Source of the DNA: Laetmonice hystrix
Lineage: Eukaryota
Reading direction: 5' to 3'
Length of the DNA: 64,000 nt
Assembly: GCA_965235115.1 (NCBI GenBank)
Contig: OZ249446.1
Coordinates: forward strand, 21,018,001-21,082,000
Shown piece by piece: positions 40,271-54,008 of this stretch. Position 1 is the first letter of the stretch. Every line of letters starts with the position of its first letter. A program made the position numbers and the translations under genes. Below the pieces are notes generated by a model that saw nothing but the letters and a program-made list of their open reading frames with translations, did no database searches and was not told the DNA's origin.

Positions 40271-43152
40271 AATTCATGCAACTTTCAAAGTTATATGTGT
40301 TCTGGGGATGTCAATAACCCTACATACCAAGAATAATTATAGACATCCGATTCGTATCCATTGCGTATGCAGCGATCATTTGATCTATCAGTCACAACGC
40401 ATAGCTAATGAGGTGATGGCGCCTTCCTGTAAAAAAAAATGTCCCATCGATCCTTGCGCTCCCGCTGCGCCCCAATCCCCGCGGTCCTGTCATGAACTGC
40501 AGCGGGCAGGACCGCTGGAGTACCACGATTGTATTCCGAATGTGATTACGAATACCCGGGTCATACAACATAGGCCTACTACATAATAAGGGAAGTTGGA
40601 CGCGAATCCGGCTGATGGGAGTTGGGGTTAGAGTTGGGAGTTGACACCCCCCAGTCATGATCTGTTTCTCAACCCGAAGATCGCCGTTCTCAAAACACCG
40701 CAAAACATCCAGTGCCATATGGATTATCATCTCTTGAAATCCCACAATTCCGGAAGCACTAGAATCTTATTCCACCTCACTCCACGCTATTCCTAAAAAA
40801 AAGTGTTATTTTTGGGTAATGAGAGTGAAAAACTGGGTTCATACTCAGCATGCCCACGTTCAGTGCGCTCGTTCATTGCAGTAGGCCAAAACAACACGAA
40901 TGCGCAGGCGCACATTTATAATTTGTATGCCAAGTGGGTCAACAAAGACTATGTGGGTTGAAGGGGCGGGGCACTGGGGGTTTAAAACTGGTTATATGTC
41001 CATATTCCGACGCCAATAACTTCCTATATATCTCTACTATATATTAACAGCGAAAAAGAAAAAAAAAAAAAAAAAAAAAAACTGCCGGTTTCACAAGTAT
41101 TGCCCTGTGAATTCGATGTCTGCGTTATTACCCTTCCTGTGCAGTATAGAACTCAGTACTCAGTCCTCTACTCTGCCAAGCTAGGAAACTGCTGCTATTG
41201 TTGGTGACATGCAATGTTATGTACACAGTGTCAGTCACCTACTTTGAATATGATAAATTAATTTAATCAAACCGTCAGATAAACCAACACAGTCTCCACA
41301 GCGTTGAACGTTGGCCGACTCCCCAGGAGCGAGTGGAACTAGTCCCAAAAGCGTGTCACGGGCGTCGCACTTGGCAGTCTGTCCGGCGGTATGTCTGAAG
41401 CGTTACTTCCCTACGGTCCAAGTCACTGCCAGACACCGTCTCCAGGGGGTTGGGGTAGAGTGACGACAACCCACCCCCACCCTAACCGCTCGCTCACTCT
41501 ATCCCTCAGAGGCAGGCGGCTAACTTCTTCGAATTCGCCCCATCTGCAGTCAGAACATTGTACTGGAAGTTCGTGACGAACCTCTTTGGCGAGATTCAAA
41601 GCATCTGGTAAGGTTCAAAATGTGTTCTACTGATAAAAAGACCATGGACACGCGATACGATACTTTGTTGCCTCTCATGGCCAGGCCAGTCGACATGGTT
41701 CCGTGTAGTTGGCACTTTGTTTTACCACCAGATCTAAGAAATGTGTGACCCTAGAAGGAACAAAAGGAAATATCCCAACCACTAACCTCTGTCACAACCG
41801 TAGCGGGATATTTAGGAAGTTGTTGCAGGTATCTGGTCCTTTTTCAAGATGAGATAAGTCCCTTTTACAAATAAGTATTCTGTTTGCTCCGTGAAGATGA
41901 CCTTTGAGGCGATAGGGCAGAAAAACTACATTACTCCCATGGGCCTTTTTCAGAAGAAAATGGAAAAAGCTAAATAATTCAATTTCAAACGAATTGGAAA
42001 GAAAATTTAAGAATTCCAACATACCCATTTTCATAATGACTAAAATTAAAATGCTACTTTTTTGTTGTTTAATTGCCTCTTTGCAAGGACTTTTCAAGAA
42101 ATTCAACCCGAAAACGTACGTTGTGCCTAAATGAGAAACCGTCGTCATCTTCACATCGCTGCACGTTTGGCAGAAGATCTTAAGAAGGAGGCGGATTGTT
42201 CTTGGGAACACAGAAACGAGGCTCTTTGATCACGTGACACCGACAAGTGACCTTAACCTTGGCCGGATCGTGTTACTCCCTCAAACAAATGTCTTCAAGT
42301 GGGATTAGCCGTGTCATTAGAGGATTGTCTGTAACAAATCGCCTTGGTTTGGTAGCATCCTTTATTTATTGGCTGGGCCCATCAGATCTGGTTTCCCAGT
42401 ATAACAGTTTTGCGGGTTTTTTTTGGCGGAGGATGACCCGTAGGGGTTGGGGGTAAATCTCCGGAAGCCCTTTTAACGTAAGAAGCCAGTTCGAGATTCT
42501 TGTGCACACCATGGTCGAACTACGATTTATCAAGCTTTCTTAAGGCGTCTGTCTGTCTGCCTCTGTCTCTGTCTCTGTCTCTCTCTCTGTCTCCCTGTAG
42601 CTCTCTGTATCTCTCGTAAAATGCGGACCGATGTTGACATTGTCAGTAGTATATAGTGTTGTTCCATTGCCACAGGCAATCACGGAGCTTGTTATTCTTC
42701 AGTCGGTGGATGTCTCTGTGCCTATTTATTCTGGCAAATTGCTTCTTTTGAGCAGCTCATTTGAGGCTATTTCGTCGGGCTCATTCAATAGCACTTTAGT
42801 GTCAGACATGACAGGCGGAAAGCGTGGACACGTCGTTTACTTTCCACAGGTTGTTGTGGACTTTAAGTATCGACCGAGGATTTGGACTTGGACTGGTGGT
42901 TTAGGACTTTTTCTCCTCAGTAAGAGCCAGGAGCATTGGTTTTACTGGTGTGGGAGACCGGAGTACCTGGCGAAAAGCGCCGACCTTAGTAGTAGATGAC
43001 AATTTCGACTGAGAAAAGTATTAGTGGGTATTAGTTTCAGAGAGGATGTTTAGAGAGGAATTTTAAAATGGGTTGTGCTATACCCGACAATGAATACTTT
43101 CTCTATAATTGCACACATTGCGCCAAGCAAACCCCACCCCCGCACACTACAA

Positions 43153-43183
<31 letters not shown>
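43153..43183. repeat. (ATCA)n microsatellite
   Basis: Direct reading. Confidence 0.9.
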
Positions 43184-43184
<1 letters not shown>

Positions 43185-43198
43185 CATGGACGGAGTTA

Positions 43199-43376
43199 CC
43201 ACACCAAGGTACCATGGACTGATCAATCGGCAGTCGGCCAAAAACTGCCGATCCCCGACTCAGGTCGCCGACTGAAGACCGTCCACAATGGTGATTGAAT
43301 CAGTCAGCAGTCGGCGACCGGGGATCGGCCGTTTCTGGCCGATTGCCGACTGGTCAGTCCATAGTGTAGAGCGAGG
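43199..43376. mobile_element. fold-back MITE, TA-flanked
   Basis: ATGGACTGATCAATCGGCAGTCGGCCAAAAACTGCCGATCCCCG..GTCGCCGACTG against CAGTCGGCGACCGGGGATCGGCCGTTTCTGGCCGATTGCCGACTGGTCAGTCCAT; TA on both sides. Confidence 0.75.
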
Positions 43377-43482
43377 TATACTCTAGGATCATCGCATGTA
43401 AAGTTACCGGGATAACACGACCGGGCCGACTCTTCGACCTATGCATCCAATGTTATTGGAACCATCAGAGGTGCTTGCTATA

Positions 43483-43521
43483 CTCTCTGTCTCTCTCTCT
43501 CTCTCTGTCTCTCTCTCTCTT

Positions 43522-43571
<50 letters not shown>
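43483..43571. repeat. (TC)n microsatellite
   Basis: Direct reading. Confidence 0.95.
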
Positions 43572-43575
<4 letters not shown>

Positions 43576-44547
43576 AAACATGAGCGTGTGGTGTTGGTGC
43601 TGGCTGTATCCATGCGTGCATGTACAGGTTAGCAGGCATAGACTATTGTCTATACAGCTGACCAGACCATCCGGAACTCAACTGAAACGCCACCACGGCA
43701 CGTTGCTTTTCTGGTATTTACGGTCCGAGATCTTGACAGTATATATAGGCATAAGATAAAATTTTAAAAAGGCGAAAAGACTGATTATGATTTATTTTAT
43801 GTGTGGTGTGACATACTCGTAGCCAGCGCTTATAGCGAGACTGATCATATCATGATCACAGAATTTAAAATTCTGGCGTGATTACCTTTTAGGTGTTACA
43901 CATTGCTGGCAGGAAGGGTGTGTCGGAACGATATGCTTTAGGCAGTGCTACAGGATATTAGGTGGGATTAGATGAGGGGTATTGCTGGTCGGTGGTGGAG
44001 GCCATAGTGATATACTGGAGATGTTGGTTTGGAGATATGAGGACTGTGTCAGCCTTCTGCACTATAATCTTGCCTGGCGTCACCGTGAACAACTCAGACG
44101 GTTGAACAATACTGTGTTCACACCCTGAACATGTCCAGTACATGAACATGACAATAGCTGTCAACAGGGCCTCAGGCAACCAATCATTTACTGACTCTCC
44201 AGTATTACGGAAGTCGTGGGGTTTACATCTGCTGCCCATCTCCAGGAAGGGAACACGACCTTTTCCCCCTTTTTCCACAGTTCGGGGAAGATGATGTGAT
44301 GATGCAGAAGACCCAAATTCAAGTTTAAGTTCAGTTTATTGGCTCAGACTTTTTATAAGTATGGAGCACAAAGTGTACGTGATATATAGATGGCGTCTCA
44401 GGAAAAACGAACCCCCAAAATTACATAACCCCGTGAGAAAACCACACTCACCAGATTCAAGTTACCAAGTGTATCTGATAGGCCCAAACCTCCTCCCTCC
44501 AACGGTGTGTCAACCCCCCCCCCCCCACCCCCACCCCCAACCGAGCC

Positions 44548-45577
44548 AAAGTTGGGGTTCTTTTACAGAGCGTTTGTTCCGGCTAGATATGTCCGAACGG
44601 CTCGTTATGTCCGACAGGAGATATGTCCGCAAACAGGAGCTAGATTTGTCCTTAGAAATCGATATGTCCGCACATCTCAGCCAGATGTCAACTGCCGGTC
44701 TCGCCCAGCCTTGGAGTATCCATTTTAATACATCGCTGAAACTAGAAGAAAAAAAACGGAACATTTGGAAAGTTAACATCGAACAACTTAAAAAGTCAGG
44801 TATTGGTCTGACTCTTCAGGAGTCCAAGTCCTAACGTTCGTATCTGGCGTCTGGAGACACACGATAGCCCATTGAGAGTCAACTGGTTTGGAACCTTGCC
44901 GCAGATTGAGCACACTGACGGGGTACGGGTTCTATTTATAGAACCTTTAGAAGAGTTGTCCACGGATCTTCGAGTTTCACCCTCACCTCTCCCTCGTGGA
45001 CACCAATCGAGCCGACCTCTTCGTATTGTCAGGTTTTCAACAGCGTCTGTTTCCAGACTACGACCGAACGTGGAGACCCGAGTCTCGCCTTTCCTAGACA
45101 GTTGTACAGTGTTACTAATTGCTTTATATACACACCCTGTTGGTCGGGTACCACAGAACAGGTGTGACAGACACATCACAGGGGTTGATCATGCATTTTG
45201 TCTTGATTCTTAACATTTGGTTTAGTGAAAATCAAAGAAACTTGTATACATCCAGGCAACAACGACTCATGCCAACCTCCTATAGACGAAGGTGACACCA
45301 AGCGCCAATATCCACATTGCAGGTATTGGTGGTATCTGTGATGGATACTGCCATCTGGTGGTCAATTTTATATAGGCGCAATCTAGAGGATAATCCGCGG
45401 ATATGTCCACAAATGTGTCCGGTAATCCGTATATGTCCGCAAATGTCAGGTAACTGTGTCCGGTAATCCAGATATGTCCGCAAATATCAGCTAGATGTGT
45501 CTAACTTATGTTTGCGGACATAATCTCCTATCGGACATAACTAGCCGGAACAGCGTTACATGCAAAACCTCAAGCTT
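44548..45577. mobile_element. ~1-kb non-autonomous DNA transposon with imperfect TIRs and subterminal ATATGTCCG repeats
   Basis: Left TGTTCCGGCTAG..GTTATGTCCGACAGGAGATATGTCCGCAAACA matches the reverse complement of right TGTTTGCGGACATAATCTCCTATCGGACATAACTAGCCGGAACA; boundaries approximate, TSD unresolved. Confidence 0.7.
45348..45361 (-). promoter_or_regulatory. CTCF-like motif (inside the 44548-45577 element)
   Basis: Reverse complement CCACCAGATGGCAG. Confidence 0.4.
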
Positions 45578-48494
45578 ACATTTTGAAATATTCTGGACTT
45601 TTTAAAAATGGATTGTTTGTTTTTGTTGCTGTCTACCCTCTCCCCCCCCCCCCTCTTTATTTCCACCTACGCCACTGTATTACAAAAACCAACCCTTTCT
45701 GGAATGCATGGGCCCTGTGTATTAAAGGGGAGGGGGGTGAGGACGTTGTGGTAGTGACCTTCAACTGTGCTGGCGTCCTGCCTGGAGTACGGGCCCGGAA
45801 GGCCTTGATTGCCGGAAGATGCCAGAGTATCGCTACCACCAGGGGGAGCTGGTGGTCGGGCGGTCTCTAGAGGGCCCGTCGGCCCGAGTAGAAGGCCGCC
45901 ACGCCGAACCGGTCATTCCGGCACGGAAGTGCAGTGTAATTACCGGCGATTGGTCGTCGAGTAACCGTGCACTTCTTGTTTTGTCCTGGCTGTATTGTGG
46001 ACGATCGTATTCTTACTCGGGATAGTAGTTGATGGGTCATGTGTTAGCTACACCGCCTGCATGCCCCAAGTCTTATCTTCTCCACTTCCATTATACCGAC
46101 GTCATGGCTGGATCGGAATATGATATTCTCATTGCTGCCCAAGGGTATATTAATTATTGTATCATTTGATATTCCAGTATTTGCAATGCGATATCAGTGT
46201 AATCAGTAACGAGATAGATAACGTTGATAAGCTATACGGATGCGAATTTAAACCGGTAGTTTGTCACCAATATACATACCATAGCACTATGTTAAACATA
46301 GATATATAAACTAACAATTCGTGCCAAAAGTAAAACATGACACACGAGAGCAGGGGTTAGCAGCCGCGGCCTCACCTTGGCTCCGCAGAGTAACGGCACC
46401 GCTCAGATATCATCAAGACTGCGACAGAAACTTTGCCTTAACTCGCCAGAATTAAGTATTGGTTTAAACTTGACTGTTTGAGGTAGGACACGTTTTTAGT
46501 TTGCTGCTTTATTTACAGAGTGGAGAAATGGGCGCTTGGGTCACGGCGCAGCGTTAACGACGTTAAAAGGACATGATTTATTATTTTTATAAAACATTGT
46601 AAAATGCATGAAGTCATTTATTTATCAAACCTGCGACAGGTTTTTTTTATTAATTCTTCAAAGAGACAAATGCCATCGTTGGTCATTTTAGTTTCATTTA
46701 ATTATTGTTCCAATTTGTAGTTCAGGAAGGTTTTAACCTTCTGCGTCTGTACAGAGGGGTCCAGGAGAATCCTCAGCCAATAGTACATCGATTACAACTC
46801 GCTAATGTTACAGTTCGGTTCTAGCCATGCTCTCTGACGCTCCGATGAGGTCAAATTGGTTTCCATTAGTCAAGCGTTATTTGGACCATATGGCAGTTGA
46901 GTAGCAGACATCCCTTTTCAGGCAGGGGTCGGTGTCTGCCAACCAATCAAAAGTTGGTAGACTGGTTCTGGCAGTCTGGCGCGCCATAACTAATGGGGGC
47001 TTGTCGGTACAAGGGACAGCAAATGGGAACAGTCACATTTGAGCTAATCTGTTGTTTTGTATTCCCATGGTGCTGCCAGTCAAAACACCAAAGTGCTCAT
47101 TAATGCGACAAGGTGCTCGCGAAACAACAAAATGTAACTTTAGGCAAAGCTACGGCAGGATGTGGGAATTTAGCATTGAATACGAGGCAGCAATTGCATG
47201 GGTGTTTGTCTTACCTTCTGGGTCTAACGATACAAAGATAGGAAGTATAAAATGATTTTTTTTGCTCTGCTTGTATTAAATTATTTTGTTTTTGGTAGTT
47301 CCATATCTCCACTTACCGTTTACGGATTTCTGGATATTCTTAGTCAAAAATGTATTTGCTTATAAGTGTTTGTGACAATGATTTTTTTCATATTTAATGC
47401 ACACATGAATTATTTGGCTCCTGGCCGTAAAACATCGTTAAATATCCCGATAGTTGGTATATAGAATAACGAATGCCTTATTACATATTCTAGTCTAGGT
47501 CCTTTAGTACGACTCATGATCTAACGCAATCTGTGCGCCAGCTAACATCAGTAAAACTAGGGTGGGGTAACCGGAAGTCGATAACGCATCATGTCGGAGC
47601 ATCCGGTTAGAAATGAAGCTTCAAGTCACACGGGTTTCAATTCCTTTCTGATTGGCCCCTAATCCTTGCCATCAAGAACGTTCTGTAACTCGGCAGCATT
47701 TCCGTGATATATGTCTAAATAGCCGGCGGAACTAGTCGATAACTTCCCGCTATTCGGCACATATGGGCATAGCGTACTGGGCTCCACCAGCCTGTACCAA
47801 GCGATCAATACTTCATTACACTAAAACTAGATATCACTTTGAAATATATCCCCGCAAGTTATCAATCCACAGCTTTACAGGACGTGTGGCGTTATAATAT
47901 GAAAAGGGAAGTTGTCATTGGGAAGGATTTAATGTTCGCTTTTCAAGACTGTCTGATTTATTTTCGCGTGATTTCAATAAGGCAAGAGTGTGAATAAGGG
48001 GGAGACTGAAAGAGCCAAAGGGATCAAGACAATCCTATTCTTAATCCTGTCCTGTTATTCGTCGATAAATCATATCGGGGACAAAAAACCTCGTGGAATT
48101 AATAACCAATTCCATTGGCGGAACACCCGGCCAGTGCGCAAGAACAAAAACATTAACGGATCTTTTTTTTCGCTTATGGGTGTTTCCTAAAGAGGGGAGG
48201 CCGTACAGCTGAGCAGTCAACAGTGCTGGAACAGTATGCTGTCGTTGTGATTCCTATCTCCGTACGTCCTACGACAGCTTACAGAGTTACATGTTAGCTA
48301 TGGAAGGGTCCCTCCAGATTCTCTGTTAAAGTATTGTAACATGCTCCAAATCGCACTGAACAGTAGCAGGAGAGACGGTCCTTCAGTCAGATCTCTTCGA
48401 TCGTGTATTACCTAATGCTTGCTCATGCTCTCCGTATATAAAAGGAAAGGTTCACCAGATCAGATTGGAAAAGGGTTTTCATGTTGATACTACC

Positions 48495-48900
48495 AGGTCG
48501 AAGGGAGGGGAACTTACAAATGCTGAACGTCATGTGCTTATTTCTCTGAGAGAGGAAGATGTTTCGGTGCAGGACATAGCCAGACGTCTGCACTGCTGTA
48601 CAGAGTATGGGTGAGGTACCAACAAACTGGTGAAAAATTAAACCGAAGTGGTCGTCCAAAGAAAACCACACCGAGAGAAGATCGGCGTCTTTTGCAAAGT
48701 GTCAGATTGCTATGACCGATTCGCGCAGTTATCAGGTCACGTTGTTACCGGACAAAGTATTCAAGGCCTTTATTTCCTGGCAAGACCAGAAAGAAAACAC
48801 TTCAGATCAGTGCACTTTCAGGACATCTTGAGTAGTGTAAAGAAAATGGAGTAAATTATTGCAAAGTTCTTCAGACTGGACTTTGATGTCTTTTTCAATG
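48495..48900 (+). pseudogene. decayed Tc1/mariner-family transposase, N-terminal HTH region
   Basis: RSKGGELTNAERHVLISLREEDVSVQDIARRLHC, -1 frameshift, then YRVWVRYQQTGEKLNRSGRPKKTTPREDRRLLQSVR: first HTH plus the GRP(R/K) linker typical of Tc1 transposases; stops downstream, no DDE domain seen. Confidence 0.8.
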
Positions 48901-51900
48901 TTGCAATACTTAATGGCCAGTGTGCAGTACACTTTATGCAGAGACACACAATGCCTTGACGTTTCAAAAACCGATTCAGTCTGAAAGCGAGGGGGTTAAA
49001 AAAAGAAGTGGCACACAACGTAATGCGCATGTGCCTACTTGGGCGTCCTCTCGCAAATTCTCTGCTTTCTAATCAATCAGTGTGCACCGTCGTACATACC
49101 AGGACTATATTGATCCTGGGGGTGACGTCTGGGATGACGGGGAGGAGGGGCCACCCTCCCGTCATCACCATTAGCACGAACCTTCCTATTGCTCTGGTGA
49201 ATTCCATAGTATGACGCCCGATTCACATTCTGGTCGCCGACGTCGCCGACTGCCCATGCGCAGTCGGCGTTGAAACCGATTGAAGTCGCTGAAGTCGCCT
49301 GGCAATCTACCACGCTAGTCGACGTCGCCCAACTGGTTCATAGTCCCTATAGCCAGTTCATAGTCAGTTACTGGACTATGAACCGAACTTTAATGAGGGT
49401 TATATACTGGAATAAGAGCCGCATGAGCTGCGCTTGGAGATCATCCATAATGTCAGACTAAATAGGCTCAAACTTTGGTTTACCATGTCGGCCAGCTTCA
49501 AAGCCAGGTCGGACCCATACATTTATCCACATCAAACCCATATTGCATGATATGGTACCAGCACCTGACACGAGACCAGGGATGATGTATTTTCATAGAC
49601 GCCACCAGAGCACCCCACTGCACTGTTTTCACAGAGGGGCACAGGCAGTCCACATAGAACTACCCCCAAGGTATCATTTCGTTCACAAAGCATCCCACCA
49701 TACACTCCTACACTCCTTCCAACACGCCCATTCCCGGGGATGTGATGACACAACCTCAATTCGAACCTGATATAATCCTGTTACTGCTAGCAATGTAAAC
49801 GCATTCCCATCTCCTCTTGTCCCGACCGTCGCTTTAATTCAGGTGAAATAAGCGGATATTGTTATAGTATAGGTCCATACACTGTCTACGAGAGTTTGAA
49901 AGCGTTGGCGGCTACTTTACACAGTACAATGTATCTTCTCCCTCGACATTGCCAAAAGAAGTAAGCCCCCCCCCCCTTTCCTAAACTCATTTAATCTTTG
50001 CAGACGTTTCATTTGAAACAACGCAGTCCATACGTCGCGTAGTAGGACCGCAGTGACGTATTTTAACAGACGAGATTGGCCAGCGGCCTGCCAATCGTCT
50101 GCTTACAAATGACCGCCGGCGTCGGCCTTGATAGATCAGTCTTAAAGTAGCTGCTCCCAGCCGCCATCCATCAAACCTGATTAAACTTCAATTTCAGTCT
50201 CCTTCATTCGATTTGATGCGCATGTCTGTTTCGTTGATGAAACTGTGGCATATCCGAGGTCTGATGATTGGGTACCGCGTCTAATTTGCATATTCTTGAT
50301 AATGTTGGTTTAGGATGTGGACGTTCTACAAAGGTTGATTTCCATGACCGACTATTAGGCCCCTCGGTAAAAGAGATAATATCAAGGTTTATCGAACTAG
50401 GGCGTCTCGGAAACAAGTCTGTGCTATTTGTATGTAAATTGTAACATGCTTTAAACACAGGAAATGGCTCACCATACTGGAGTGTGTCATACTGGAGTAT
50501 GCTGCTTAACATTCATTGTGGACTTTTCAATGTTTCGTTGCATAATAATAGTGCGAGTTGGTCTTGGTATTATTAGAAAAGTTTCTTTTGACACAATATG
50601 AACCTTGACCTTTGATATACATGTATAGTCGCCGCTCTTATTTATTTCCTTTTTTTATATCCATTTGGATTGGTTATCATACTCAAACTAAATCAGAATG
50701 AATAAACGATAATAAATAAATAAATATATTTACTTTATGATATTAAAAAGTGTTGATAATTAATGAAGTAAGAAAACGTAACAGAAGCAATGTTTACCGG
50801 TTCGTTCTGTGAGAATATAGAACAATAAAATATGTTTGTCCTTTCAAATATGAAGTCATTAATATTTACAGAGCTTTGAATGACTCGTGAATTTCTATTA
50901 GCAAGCTTACCTAAAAAGGTTCCGAGAGATTGCGTTTCAGATAATAAAATGCTACCGTGCCAGTAATCAGTCGGAAGAACTGGTATATTTGGAAGTAAAT
51001 ATGAGAAGCACTGATTATGGTTAAAACTTGACGGAATATCAAAGTGTTGGAGACTCTGAAATGAAAATGAATTGAATTCGTCTGAAAGGATTTCAGTAAG
51101 AATGTAGACGGTTTCATTGTGGCAGGGATGGCGGTAGTTGTTGTGACATGTGTGAGCGAGTGAGACATGAATGACTGAAGGATTGGAAGAAAAATCAAGT
51201 CACATATCAAAAGGGTGATAATAAAAGTTAAAATAACATATTTCTGTCCGAAAGTACACAAAATTTAAATTTTACACAATTAAGTTTGTGAGATTTTCTT
51301 TGAAAGTTCATACAACTGCAGTCTCCGGAAACGGTGGAGCCTCAATATCAGAATGGGGGACGGCATAAACTTTTCCCTTAAAACTGATGTATAGCATTGA
51401 CTTAAGAAGTGAAATACCACTTCTTATGTCAGTTTGACATAGGCCCGCCTCCGTGAAAGGCAGTTGGGGGGACTTTTCTTTGGCGGGATGTGGGTCTTTA
51501 TATCAACGCAACGTTAATTTTATTTAAAAAATTAATGGGACCACATGTATGTGGATGTACAAAGTAACATAATAAACCACATAAATTAAAAGTTATACAT
51601 ATTAATTATTATGTTAAGGAGGTTAGGCAGGCAGGCTCCACCTGCGTAGAAATAATCCCCTTCCGTTAGTTACATCGGTTACCTCTATTTGACATAAGAG
51701 ATTATGGGCAGTCAAAATTCTGACATGTTCAAAATCGCACTTATTGGCGCTGCTACAGGTCCTGTCAAGATTCCTCAGAGAGGCAGTGAGTATGTGCCCC
51801 CACTGCCCTCTCTCCATCCCTCCTAGATTCTACAACATGACCTTACGACAATCATTATCCGAAGTTTTACACAATTGCTAGCTATGTGTGGGCTACCATA

Positions 51901-52413
51901 AACAACTTCTATAGATCTCTCTGGTCAATACGGTATGAGTATGGTCACGACTGACAAAGTCTCTTCAAGGCTGCTTCTCCGGAACCCTGCAAATTACACA
52001 GGGGGAACCACGTCTAAATACCACTCCCGAGCTAGAGAATCATGCCACATTGAAAATAACGAGGGTTGGGATGTCTAGCTTCTCGTTTCCAATATTCCAG
52101 AGCATTTTTGGGAGTTAATTATCTACTTTTGCGCCTCGCCATGCGGCGGTAATCACAGGAATTCTATAAGGATTCAAACGGACGGAGATGACGGGGGAGT
52201 TTTGAGTGGAGAATTACCGCCGTAATATGGGTCAGGTTTGGCGTTGTATGCTGCTCAAGGAGACCTTTCAGGAGAAGAGTGAATGGTCCAGAGTTGGCGT
52301 CATAATGCTTACAATAACAACCGTATGCCGAATTGATCAGATTACGGGCAACGGCCAACTGTGCGCCAAATCTCGCAGAATCTCGCAGTATCGAATGGAC
52401 TCTTTGCGCCGTA

Positions 52414-52655
52414 NNNNNNNNNNNNNNNNNNNNNNNNNNNNNNNNNNNNNNNNNNNNNNNNNNNNNNNNNNNNNNNNNNNNNNNNNNNNNNNNNNNNNNN
52501 NNNNNNNNNNNNNNNNNNNNNNNNNNNNNNNNNNNNNNNNNNNNNNNNNNNNNNNNNNNNNNNNNNNNNNNNNNNNNNNNNNNNNNNNNNNNNNNNNNNN
52601 NNNNNNNNNNNNNNNNNNNNNNNNNNNNNNNNNNNNNNNNNNNNNNNNNNNNNNN
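52414..52655. other. assembly gap (N run)
   Basis: Run of N. Confidence 1.
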
Positions 52656-53739
52656 AATATGACCTCTGACCCAGGCGAACGGATCGTGCAATCGTGCATC
52701 GAACTCTTCATTACGAAAGGAAACATACATATCAGTCTCGGCAATATACAAGCATGATCGTGCACGTTATATACGACCCAGCGCCTTGCATTACTCTGTC
52801 TATACAATGTCTAATTGATTCTTCCTCATAATTCAAGTCACCATCTAGGAGCCACCATACGAGACGTGATGAGTCATTCTCCATCAGGACCAAGGCGTGT
52901 GTTGGGTGTCAATCTTACTCACCAGAGATATAGCCTATGTATAAAAGGACCTCCTCACGTGTCAGGGTCGCACGTGTTGTATATCTCCATTCAGAACCAA
53001 TTTAATGATGATAGAATCACGCGCACACAGTCCCAGCTCATACATACCACGCCTTGACCATTACCAAGGTGCTGGTCCGTGTCCCTCCAAATGTTAAAGC
53101 AGACCACAGGAGTTAATAAATATCAGGGTCAGAATCGGTAACCCAGAGCTGGCGCTGACACTATCCTAGCGGCCAGCCACGGCACCGTGCCAAGAGGTGC
53201 CCCTCATACGGTGGGAGGTGTCAGTAATATAGGAGGGTTGACCCTCACTTGTCACCTGAACAGCCCGGCACTGGGCAAGGCGGCGTCGACGTTATGGGTG
53301 GGGGTAGGGAGTGGGGGGTTGAGGGGACCTTACCGTTATATGGTGATCGATGCTTACATTTGGCCTTAGAAAGGGCGGGGAGGTGGGGTAGGGCGATACA
53401 TCGATCTAATGTCGCGACTGTAATCGTGATTTGCTCTGAGCACATTGTGTCGAGCACCAGCAAGAGTCTCTGACAAAATCCGGGCGCCATTTGATGGAGA
53501 GAGAGGGGGGGAGGGGGGGGGGCAAGGTCGACATGACAAACTAAAAAGTTGTTCGATAGGCGTGGACAGACCGTGCCTAGTCGATTAGAAAGGACGTCGA
53601 CAGCCTGGCTATATGTTAGAACATGCATGGTTAGAGGCCAGTTGGCTGTTCACGTATAAAAACTGAACAAAACCATTTACATAGAAAGACTGTCGGTGGC
53701 GTAAACCATTCGGGGCGTTATCATTGTATGAGTGCACTC

Positions 53740-54008
53740 CTGGACCCGGTTTTTTTGTTTACTTTTCCACCGTGAGCAAGGGTGAGCTGAGCTGAGCAAG
53801 GGTGATCAGAAGCTCATGCTCACCGTTTTGCTCACTGTTTTCGTTTTTGGGGTGTTTTTCCGCGAGATTGCTCACCATGAGCACGCCTTATGGAAAAAAG
53901 CAACCCCCCCAAAAAGACAAAACGGCGAGAATGAGCTCATGCTCACCCTTGCTCAGCTCAGCTCACCCTTGCTCACGGTGGAAAAGTAAACAAGAAAACC
54001 GGGCCCAG
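53740..54008. mobile_element. fold-back MITE with ~65-bp near-perfect TIRs
   Basis: CTGGACCCGGTTTT..GTTTACTTTTCCACCGTGAGCAAGGGTGAGCTGAGCTGAGCAAGGGTGA against TCACCCTTGCTCAGCTCAGCTCACCCTTGCTCACGGTGGAAAAGTAAACAAGAAAACCGGGCCCAG. Confidence 0.88.

Noticed and set aside
41028-41100. TCTCTACTATATATTAA (Helitron-like 5' end) followed by a poly-A run
   Set aside because: No 3' hairpin+CTAG end or TSD found to define either a Helitron or a retroposon tail
44225-44310. Minus-strand HHIIF/TVEKGGKGRVPFLEM resembling the Penelope RT motif IKFTxExExxGxLPFLD
   Set aside because: Needs a frameshift, and the expected downstream YRKPT motif is not convincingly present; too short to call without an HMM search
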